64,000 nt of DNA, taken from the NCBI GenBank assembly GCA_951406725.2, contig OX597814.1, positions 53,940,001-54,004,000 of the forward strand, read 5' to 3'. This document shows positions 25,393-36,667 of the stretch, one piece after another. The position numbers were made by a program, and so were the translations under genes. Positions within the stretch are counted from its first letter, which is position 1. Each line of letters begins with the position of its first letter. The DNA is from Octopus vulgaris. Lineage: Eukaryota. The notes beneath the pieces are model-generated. The model was not told where the DNA came from, ran no database searches, and saw nothing but the letters and a program-made list of their open reading frames with translations.

Positions 25393-28300
25393 GTTTATTT
25401 CCAATTTGAGTGACAGAAGAAATGAAAGCTTACAACTTTATTCTGTTTATTTTGTCTTCACACACAAACACATTCATACTTTGGAAACTATTATTGTCAG
25501 CTTGTGGGCACAGTTTAGACATGGCCATTTGCTTATCCAAGTTGTTAGCTGACTGGCTAATAATTACATTCTCACCTGTGCTTTATTAAGCTTTTTGTTT
25601 TGAAGTAGGTGAGTATGCTGAGCCTTGCCAGTTGCTACAGCTTGACTTCTGTGTATGTGTGTGCATGTGTGCACACCCATCTTTGGATGACGCTCACTCC
25701 TGAATCTTCTGCAACATTTACCTCCCAAATGTCATATCAAAACTCTGGCCATTTCTAGGTTTTACTAGCCTACTTTCTTCACGATCCTAATAACATAAGG
25801 ATAGGGGCAAAATACATAAACATGTTGGAAACCCTGCAAACTAACCAAACCACTTCTAAAACTTCAGTCTTGTACATTCTTCAATGTCTTTGACCATACA
25901 TATATCAGGAGTTGCCTAATAGAACTAAATGGTAAACAAGAAACTAGGAAAAAAATTTTTATTTAAAAAAATAATAATCAAAATAAATAAGAAAATCCTG
26001 AAAGACTTTAGTTAAAAAAAAAAAAAAACAGGAAAGACAAAAAAATCTGAAACTGTTCTTTTGTTTTGTTTCCATACTGAGGTCTGTTTCTTGAATTGTA
26101 TTTGAGACAAGTTATATTTTTGTTTTAAATTTTGTTAATATTTAGTATTTCAAGGATCAACCTAATCAAGCCAAATAAGCTTGCAAGTATTCTCTAGAAA
26201 TCATTGTTTGTCAAGTAGTTTAATGCAGCCTGGAAAGTTTAGCCAAGATCTTTTAGCTTATCTCAGCAAATAATCATTGAGGACAATGTGTGCAATATCA
26301 ACACACTACTTCCACTCACTCTAGACCTGGTTGGTCATGTAAATATACAACTTACTCAACTAACCAAATTAACTGAAAAGCTTTAAGAATATTCTAATAT
26401 ATTATCTTCCTACATCTCATTTCTGGTTCTAATGAATATATCTGCTGAGTGTATTTCCCCTTACAAAAATTATTTTTAGTTTAACATTCCACTCCAACAC
26501 TACACATAAATGGTCCAAGTTGACTCCTAACAACTCTTCTTTGGAATGGGTATTGGATATTAACTGGATTGTAAACATTGCAAAAAATCAATGAATTTTA
26601 CTTTTATTTTCACAGATGTATCATAGCACCAGAAAAGGAGTAAAGTATTGTCTAGAGTTTTAAGTCTTTTACCAAATTTGCATGTTTCATTCATATTATT
26701 TCCTAGAACTTTGACAGCCAATAATTGGTTTATTACATGTTCATTAAGAATTTCTTTAATGACATAAAAACGGTTAGGTTAGAATCATCCCACATAATTT
26801 TAACAGTACACTTAAGACCATTGAATAAGTGTACTCGTCTTAAATTAATTTCACCAGATTCTTTCCTTACATTTTTCTCTCTAAAACTCCATTTGAAGTA
26901 AATTCTGTAACTCACTGTTCACAAGCTGCTATTAACAAACAACAATGTATGCCTTTTTCAAATACAATTGCCTCTACATTGAATCTTCTTATATAAACCC
27001 TACTCTCTGTTTGTTGCTGTTCGCAGATATTACATTTTGATAAAAAAAAATATCCTTCAATATGATATGGTGCTCTATTTGTCTTCTTCAAGATGTTCAG
27101 AGTCCTGTCTCTCCCAACTGCTCTCTGTAAGTGTTGCTGATGAACTGGTAAATAAATATAAAATAAATATGAAAGATGTGTTTGGGGAACAAGTTTCCTG
27201 TGTGGTCAAAAGTTGGTTTCTCTTTATTTTATTTTTTACAGATGACCCCTAAACAGCTCCCTGGTTCTTTTCATAATTTAAGATATCTATTTTTTGCCAA
27301 ATAATGACAAGATTGAGCTGCTGAACACAACTGAAAATATTGTCTTCTCAGACTTTGCTGCATTCATTGATTTGTTTTATTGAGTCAAAGTGCATTACTT
27401 TGCTTAGTTCACATTGAGTAAATTGATAGTAAATTTGATGGCCGTGTGGTTATTTTCTGTTGGAAAACATGTTGAGGAGTGGAATGTATTTACTTATGGT
27501 GATTTCTGTATTATTACTAGTTATTCTATATTATTACTGAAAACTGGGACTTTCTGTTATACATAGATTACCTTGCTTGGAAACAGGTGAGGGTTGATGA
27601 CAGAAAAGCATCTTGCTAGAAATCTACCTCAATGAATTTCGTCTAAACCATGCAAGCATGGAATAAGTGGATGTTAACGATTATATATAGTGTGGTTACA
27701 AACAATTCTCTCTAGGTTTACTTTTAACTCTATTCAGCTTTGTAGAAGTGAAAGTTTTTATGTGTGAATGAGACATCTTTACTGCCTGAAACTTGATTTA
27801 ATAAATTTGAAATTTAATAAGAAACTGTGTTTAATGGTTTGTGCTGTTATACATTTGCATAGTAAACTATTACATAACTAAATACAGTAGTATAACTCAA
27901 GGTAAAATAGTTGTGGGGGAAAAAAGAGTATGTTCTTCCTGACTCCTCTAGGAGTAACATGGTGCAGCATTGTTAAAGACTTTTCTTGTGGAATATACTT
28001 AGGTTTAAGAATTTTGAATTAAAGTATTTAATACACTTTAGCAAGATTGTATTTCAAGCAACACTTCAACAGTTATCTTTTTATTGAGTACTTTATTTGT
28101 AAAGTGTTAATAAAAGTTTGGCAAAAAACAATTTTGATCAAGTATGTCCTTTAGTATCTCATACTTTCTTGTAATTTCTTTTTAATTAGGTGTTGGTAAT
28201 CCAAATTATTCTAAAATAAAGAACACGTAAAACACTCAGCACACTATAAGTAGTTGGCATTAGGAAGGGCATCCAGCCATAGATACCATGCCACAACAGA

Positions 28301-31300
28301 CAATTGGAGTCTGAACAGCTCCATATCAAACTATCCAACCCATAGAAAGCAGACATTAAATAGTGGAAGACATTTGACATGTCACTTGTTTTTACCAACT
28401 TACACTTGAATATTTGAAATTTCTAATCTTGTTGAGTATCTTTCAAAACAGCAGTTAAAATTTTAATTGCAAAGACTGATTTATTTAATAAATTAACTTA
28501 ATTTTCTAGAAATACATCATGACTGTTTTGTTTTTGGCTATAATTTTATCTTTAAAACTTAGTTGGTACAAATATTTTTGAGAGCATTAAGTGCACTGCT
28601 CTTTTGATCATTGATTCTGAGGAAGATATGATTAGTATTAAGAACATTTATTGGAAATGGTATAATGTGAAGTAACAAATCAGATCTTTATTTGAAAGAT
28701 TTCTCCATTTTCATGTGGTGTGTTAGACATAGATTAAATTAACAGGAGTAACTTGCATTGAGTAGCTATATCAATGAAAATTATTCTCTAATTTCCAAGT
28801 CTTCAGAACAGAAACTTTGAGAATTCATTTTATAACTAATATCAAGTGGATTGTATGAGAAAGGAAAGATTGTTGCAATCTTTTGCAACAACAAAATATA
28901 CATAATTGTAACAATATATGGTTTGTAAAATAATTCATTGTCATAACAAACTCTTCCACTTAAAAAGGTGAATACTACAGATAACTAAAAATGTTTTGCT
29001 ACCTTCCTGAACATCTTCATACCAAAATTTAGTTAGACATTTTGTGAAAACAAAAACATTCACTTTTCGATACAGTAGGCTATTGTTTCTCTGAAATATA
29101 TACATTCTTGCTTATACAAATTTTAATGGTTCAATTTTATAAAGGTTGTTCAGTGTTGTATAAAATAGCAATAAAAGTCAGACCTTACATGAGGTTGGCT
29201 CAAGGACATTTTTTTTTCCCACATTCTTGAAGCTGGCTCATACCCCTTGATAGTGCAGTTGACATACCTGTATTTCAGGAAAAAGATTTCACTGTTGCCG
29301 AGTTCCATTTAATTGTATTGAGAAATTCATCGGCTAAAGAAATGAGATACTGCAGTAATACAAAGAGTTAATTTGAATGCCTTTACTTGACCTAGTTATT
29401 TCATACGATTACATCTTTTTTAGTGACAATCTTCCTAAACTCAACGTGTCACTCGTTAAAAAGAAAATGTATACACTAGGAGAGTTAGGGTAAACCTCTC
29501 TTATATAAATATATTACATATATTTATATACACACACACACTAAAGAGAAATTAGCAGCTTCCTCAGATTCCATTTTTCTCATAGCGCTTTTCAAACCAG
29601 GAAGAACTTACAGAATGTGGATAAATTTCCGTAAAGTATTTATATTTTATATATAGAAACATTTTTTAAAAAATAGTCCAAATAAGTATATTTAATCCTT
29701 AACAAAACAGAGAACTTTAAATATTTTGCAACCAAATAATCCCCAACAGGTCTACATTTGTGATGTTTCCGAATTTCGTCTTGGTTGTAAAATTAACATT
29801 TTTTAAAACCTAGTGTTATATGGAAGAAAAAATTATATACAAGCACATAAATGTAACAATGAGTGGATATTTGTAAAACAATTTCTTAATTGTTCCACTA
29901 AAAGATGAATGCAACTGATAAGTACTGTAAAAATGTTATGCTAACTTACTGTACGTCTTCATTGTAAAATTCAATTAGAAAATTATTAAAATAAGAGCAT
30001 ATTAATAATTTAACCCCATATATTCAAATAGTCGAAATTTAATAAAAAAAATTGTAAGATTTACGTAATGAATGAATTTTTTTATTTTTATATATTAATG
30101 GTTTTTTGATTGGGAGATTTACAGTTTTAAATTTCGAAGTTCAATTACTCTCTTCACGTTGAGGCGGGGGGGGGGTCATGCAACTGTCTGGTGGGGAAAC
30201 AAATCTTGAATCAATGAAAAGAGAATTTGTAGTGAGTAGATAGATATGTCAGTGGAAATTGTTAGCATCGTTATTTAAATCTCTATTCTCTAATTTTTTT
30301 CCAATGCTGACATGCAAAGGCAAAGTTTTGGTAAATTTTTCGTAGAGTTTTAAATGAACGAGAAAACTTTCGTAGAGTTTTGAATGAAACATTAAGAATT
30401 TTTTAAATCAAGTAATATTTTTTTATAGAAACACGGTATTAAATTCCATTGGCGGGGTATTCACTGCTCCTGGAAAGAAATCTTCAAGGAACTTGTGACA
30501 TTCATTACAATTTTACTTCTAATAATCGCATGACACACGAGACGTCGTCATCAGCCGTGGAGATAAAAGCAGAGTTCGCTGAATTCAAACCGTACAAAAA
30601 CGGATATAGAGAACGAAACCAATAATTTCAAACATATTTCTGTCAAACAGCAGATGTATTTAAGCTCTAAGTGACATATTGCAGCAAAGAAATACATATA
30701 ATAAAGAAAAATCCTTAATTTTAACTTGATCCGGCCATAGGTAATAGCGAAATTCGTAACTGTCTTCAGACACCAAATTATCACATGAAAACGTAGAGTT
30801 AGGTAACTGTCATAAAACAACATTATAGGGAAAATGTTGATTTTTTTTTTTTTTTTTTTTTGGTTATTAAGAATAATGAAATTATTTTCTCGACATCAAA
30901 GATACATTTTTGCAAATAGATAATAAAATAGATATTAGAGAAAACAATTGTTCTTGCGTTTCCGAGAAACTTGTTTGATATAAAAGCATTGTGACCTAAG
31001 TGGGGGAAACAAGTGTTTCGACCATTCCCTTCCTATACGAAAGAGCCGCTATTAGCACTCGTGTGTGATGTCATGAGTTTGTCATGGTGAATGTTAATAT
31101 TCCTCTGACGACAATAACAGGAGTGGCTGGTTATACTTAATTTGACAACTACATCCGTCTTGTCAGTCGCCGAGTTCTAAAATGGATTTAACTGAGGCAA
31201 CGAACGAGCCTCTGTATACGGACTTTCGACCTGCTAGAAATAGCAGCTAGATCTCCCTGACGTTCTGAAAAGTGGATAATATAATCCTCGATACAATGTC

Positions 31301-32090
31301 TGGAAATAAGAATGGAGATGGCAAAAACGCCTCTTATAGATTTGTTTAATCAGGACTACCCAGAGCAAAATAACAACCGTGAGGTAAACCACCTGCAAAT
31401 CAACTACTTTTAAATGTGCTATGCTATTGGATAATGAGTATCGATAATAGGGGCTGTAGGTTGACCGTTCATATCCAGTCGTTGAATCTGGGCTATATCT
31501 ATGACCAATATGCCTAATATCCAATGGCTTAGCACCCCAAGCTGCAAGAAATGGAAGCAATACATAGTTAACAAATGTTTGTAGGTTGCTCGACTGCGAC
31601 AAGTTCCACTACAATTGTCTGCAGGAGCTTTGGTGACTGTACTAGAGTGATTATGCTAAATGATCACCACTACAGTTACCAGAACGATTTGGTGTCTAAT
31701 TCGATACAAATTTTCTTTACAAAGAAATCACTAAACTCCAAAAATTAACTCCGTGAATTAAACTAACTGGTGATACTTTCAACATTAACAGTTACTAACC
31801 TGCATGTCAAAAAAAAATTGAAACTATTAAATATACAATGAGTTCGAAGTATAAATTTTGAACTGTCTTTGAAAAGCAGCTGGTAGCATATTTAGACTGG
31901 TAATCTACTGCCTCAAGAGTTGACATTTTGTGCCTTGTCGTCAGCAATGTTCTAATTCTTGAGAATCTAATATATTCAGTTGGGATAAGGCATATTTTAG
32001 TGAGACACTTCAGGGCTACAAACAACGAATGCTTGTTTGTATTATAGGGATCAAATCTACAAAAAAAAAAGAATATTTTGTCATTGGGAT

Positions 32091-32468
32091 ACTTTTTACT
32101 CTTTTACTTGTTTCAGTCATTTGACTGGCCATGCTGGAGCACCACCTTTTAGTCGAGCAAATCGACCCCGGGACTTATTCTTTGTAAGCCCAGTACATAT
32201 TCTATCGGTCTATTTTGTCGAACCGCTAAGTTACGTGGACGTAAACACCAGCATCGGTTGTCAAGCGATGTTGGGGGGACAAACACATACACATATATAT
32301 ATATACATATATACGACGGGCTTCTTTCAGTTTCCGTCTACCAAATCCACTCACAAGGCTTTGGTCGGCCCGAGGCTATAGTAGAAGACACTTGCCCAAG
32401 GTGCCACGCAGTGGGACTGAACTCGGAAACATGTGGTTGGTAAGCAAGCTACTTACCACACAGCCACT
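32091..32468 (-). mobile_element. Full-length tRNA-derived SINE (CORE-like domain), well preserved
   Basis: Reverse: A box TGGCTGTGTGG, B-box-like GAGTTCAGTCC, accttgggcaagtgtctt core and (TA)n linker; tail gactgaaacaagtaaaagagtaaaa. Related copies at 37922-38475(+), 41592-41876(+), 42770-42906(-), 47165-47330(+), 57475-57590(-). Confidence 0.85.
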
Positions 32469-33369
32469 TCTGTCTTCCCATGTAATGGAACAATCTCTCT
32501 GTTGGGCTCATTCATCTTTTGGCAGGTCTTATTTTATCCTACTTGGAGTTGCTAGTTTAGTAGCTGTCTAAACTGGCACCCGCATTATGTTATCATGGTG
32601 AGAAAGATTGCCAGATGTGGCTAAGTTAAGAACAGCATGTTTGGAGTAAGAGGAAGGACCATGTCGAATGTGGGGACAAAAGCTAGACTGCATCAGAAGT
32701 TAACCATCTCAGTGGGCAGCAACCACAAAAGGAAATGATAAGAGTAAATAAAACCCTTAACTCTTCCTCGAATACCATGGACTCTCTAGTGCTGGTAACA
32801 AAATGCACCCATTACAGCCTTTAAAATAGCTGGAGATAGAAAAAGTGTCAATGAAACCATGCCAAAAAGGTAATGTGTGAGTGAAGCAAAGATTCCATGA
32901 ACTATATAGTTGGCTACCCATCTAGAAGAGCAGTAATTCCAAATAGGAGCCAACTGATAACCTATCCAAACTATACCAAAACGGAAAAACAGATGATACA
33001 CATATAGATTCGGTCATATTATATATGTATGTAAGTGTGTGTATTTCTTTCTCTCTCATATATAAGCTTAATTATTCTCTCATGCACTCTGATCCATATC
33101 ACTACCAAAAATATGCCTACTTCACTAATCCCAGCACTGTTACTCATCCAGAATTTGTACACGTGTTCCTTGGATATGGGGTGTTTGGCAGAAGATCCCT
33201 TTGACCTTATCTCTTGCACACAACTCATCTATGTCCCTCTACTCTAACATCTCTACAACCTCTTCAGATCTAGCATTCATTGATGATGACATCCATGATA
33301 ATTTGCACCTGGTTAGGGATAGGAGAGTATACATACACATACACACATATGAGCTGTGGCCATGCTAGG

Positions 33370-35100
33370 GCACCACCATATGGTGTTGCTACATAATTTT
33401 ACTTCACAAATGCTTTTTAGGTATTGACTTTTGGTTCATGAGGAAGCTTGATGCCACTGCCCTCATCTGCACCTCCTGCCGTGAAGTTGGCCCATCTGGG
33501 ACACTTGACAGTAAGAGGTCCAGCTTTGTTTTGAAGACACCTATGTCCACCCCATGCAGGTCTCTCAGGTCCTTTGGGAGGATATCGAAGAGCTGAGGTC
33601 CTCTGAAGCTAAGGTTCTTGCAGTAGCTTGTCTTATACCTTGATGGCAAATTTGGAGTCCTTGGCACTATGCAGTGGCACCCAGTTCTAGTATTTGTGTA
33701 ACTCTTGAATCCAAAGTTTGGGACAAGTCCCTCCAGGATCTTCCAGGTATATATTATGGCATATCTTTCTCACCTACGCTCTAAGGAATACAGTCTTTCC
33801 CAGTAGCTTATATGCTGCATAGAGGCTATCTTCTTCGTGTTGCTTCGTTGGATTGCCACAAGTTCTGAGATTAACTTGACACTGGTTGGTGACCATAGCT
33901 GAAAGCAATAGTCAAAGTGGCTTAGGACAAGTGTCCTCCAGAGGACCATCATGGTTTCCTGATCTCTTGTTCTAAAAGTTCTAAGAATCCATCTGATCAG
34001 CCGCCTGTATTTCATTGCCAATTTTGCAACATGCACATGGAAGGATGCATCATTACTCATGTAAATGCCCAGGTCTCACACTGACTGTACCTCTGGGATT
34101 GCAATCCCTCCAGGTCCAGTGTATTTAATGGGTTTTGCATGCTGATAGCACAAGTCTTGAAACTTTTCAGCATTAAACTGCACGCTATTCTTTTCAGCCC
34201 ACTTGTATATTTCATCCAGCTCACATTGTCTTCAGAGTTCTGTATTACCTGTGAGACTTTTATATAATCTGCATAACTTGTGATCGTGGCTCTCTGTGAG
34301 GCTGAGAGCATGTCTGAGATGGCCATTATGAACAGTAGTGTTCCCAAAACAGTGCCTTGTGGAAAACCGTGTCATTGGAGGTGGCCCCACTGGCTACTAC
34401 CACCTAACTTCTAGAAAGTCATGAAGCTATTCTCCCATTTTTCCAGCTATGCAGAGATCACACAGTTTGTGCCATTTCTCAGGCCATCTGACATTGGGCA
34501 GATTGAAGTCTCCCATAAGAAGTACACTTAAGTGTTGTTCTAATGTAACTAGAACTTCTATTTTTGTAAGGCGGCCTTCAAACTTGCCTACATGATTTGG
34601 AGCACTGGGAGGGCAATATGTAGCACATATAACTACATCAAGTTGTCGTATATGTACAATTAGTGTGTCACATACTGAATTTGAGTGTATCAAAAGGACC
34701 TGGGGTGTGAGGTCTTTGCGGATGTACATAGCAACTCCACCATGAGTCCTTTCTTTCCTGTCAGATGTGTTTCCATAAGTGCTATGGATAAAGCTTGATT
34801 GTATGCAACAAGGTCTCTCAGGAAAGGAATTTCTGTCCTGTTACTAAGTGTTAACAGTCCTCTAATGTTCAGTAAGAGCACAGATGTGATGTCTGTGTTG
34901 TTGCCAATAGTGCCCACCTTGGGTCTATTTGCTGTGGTGGTCTTGTGTATTGGGGATAGTCCCATCTGTGAGATTGATGTAGCCTGGTCAGCTGCTGTAC
35001 AATCTTTTGTGCCATGCACAAAAAAGATTGTTGTTCAGCAGCTGCCCTTTCAACATGTTGATATATATTTCCACTGGCTTTGTCCAAACAATGAAAGAAA
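33370..35100 (-). mobile_element. CR1-group LINE remnant (APE endonuclease plus RT C-terminus, internally deleted)
   Basis: LLLNIRGL..METHL, GGVAMYIRK, ATYCPPS, LLMGDFNLPNVRW, then GFPQGTVLGTLLF, SYADYIK, WILRTFRTRD..LWRTLVLSHFDYCFQLWSP, YSLERR, SFRGPQLFDILPK..FKTKLD. Many frameshifts. Confidence 0.88.
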
Positions 35101-35294
35101 CAAGTAGAGAAATGAGATAGGCAACATAAAGAACATTCCCTTCATCAGTTGTCCCGTTTTATTTACTCTGTGTTTCGAAGGTAGGGACAAGATGCAACTT
35201 CGTTAAGACAGTCCTTCTTGCAAAGCAAATTAAATAAAATTTGGGACTTTTTGCAGAGGGTTATTGTAGCAACAAAAACAGGACAGTAAGAACA

Positions 35295-35700
35295 AAACAT
35301 GCTTCACCATCCCATATCTTACTGGGTCTACCTCTTCTACAGGTTCTTTCTACAGTTAGGGAGAGGCACTTCCTCACACAGCTGTCTTCATTCATACATA
35401 ACACAGCCATACCAGCATAGTTGCCTCTCTTGCACACCACATTTGATGCTTCTTATGCCCAAATTTTCTCTCAGGGTGCTTACACTCTGTCATGTATACA
35501 CACTGACATTACACATCCAGCAGATCATACTAGCTTCATTTCTTTCAAGCCTATGCATGTCTTCAGCCTTCATGGCCCATGTTTCACTGCCATGTAGCAT
35601 GGCAGTTCACACACATGCATCATACAGGCTACCTTTCATCCTGAGCGAGAGGCCTTTAGTTGCCAGAAGAGGTAGGAGCTCCCTGAACTTTGCCCAGGCT
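35295..35700 (-). mobile_element. RTE-clade LINE 3' coding fragment
   Basis: 35549-35700 is clearly homologous to 22011-22160. Reads [52 protein letters not shown]. Confidence 0.8.
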
Positions 35701-35740
35701 ATATATATATATATATATATATATGGGAACGACCGGTTGA

Positions 35741-35998
35741 TCTTCTGATTTGGTCCTATCTAACTATCATCTGTTCTCCAACATAGAAAAACACTTGGCT
35801 GAGAACCAGTATCATAGTGATGATGACATGATATCTGCTGATGATGACTTTTTTGACCAACAAGATGAAAGCTTCTTCAGCAATGTGATCCAACCACTGC
35901 AACACTGATAGAAGTGTATGGATCGCAAGTGGGGTTAAGTTGAAAAATAAACCTCATTTGGGCACATTCCATGAGAGTATCTTGGTCAACGGACCCTT
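35741..35998 (+). mobile_element. Tc1/mariner transposase C-terminal remnant
   Basis: SSDLVLSNYHLFSNIEKHLAENQYHSDDDMISA..FF..Q..SFFSNVIQPLQH**KCMDRKWG*VEK* matches the mariner pattern YSPDLAPSDFHLF...RW.KC...GDYVEK. Confidence 0.8.
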
Positions 35999-36308
35999 AT
36001 AAACCCTTCAAGGCAGTACCCCAGCATGGTCACAGTCTAATGACTGAAACAAGTGAAAGACAGAAGATAAAGAGTTACAACTAGATGAGATTAAACTATA
36101 TTCTGTAATACATTTAGTCTGGCACTGTTTAAGCTATTGTCAATATCATAGAATCTCTAAATAGAAAAATTTTATCTTCTTAAGTTGCATTAACTTTACT
36201 GAAGCTTCTGCCATTGGAAACAAACAATAGGTTCAATGAAGCTGATGTCATTTTAAAAGATCATATACAAGATGCACGAAAAGAATTGAATTCAGAGGCA
36301 TAAAAAGA

Positions 36309-36314
36309 TTTATT
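36309..36314 (-). terminator. Candidate PRPF4 polyadenylation signal AATAAA (alternative at 36401-36396)
   Basis: tttatt on the + strand, ~355 nt past the stop codon. Which signal is used cannot be determined from sequence. Confidence 0.45.
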
Positions 36315-36667
36315 TTGACAAGCATTTATATATAATTTTTTATAGAAATTTTTATATACTCTTTTAAATGATGATGATTCAATGGGCTTCACATTTTTAT
36401 TTTATCTGTTTTCATTTTGTTGTTAGAAGTGTATGAACAGTTCTGGGTATGGAGAAGATAATCAGTGATCAAGGCATTTGGACTGTCATAGTCAATGAGA
36501 CAATACTAGACTGTCAGAAATGATAATATTTGAGTAAAACACAAGGACTATCATTTTTTTTCTAAGAAATAGAACTGATGGTAATTGATATTAATAGTCA
36601 TTCACAATAGAATGGCTCTCATAGAATATTATATTATCTGACATTCAGTCAAAGACCAGGTAATTTA

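Noticed and set aside
29486-29491. TTAGGG telomere-like hexamer
   Set aside because: Single unit, expected by chance.
30338-30388. 30-bp-period direct repeat tttcgtagagtttt(a/g)aatgaa
   Set aside because: Only two copies; an ordinary local duplication.
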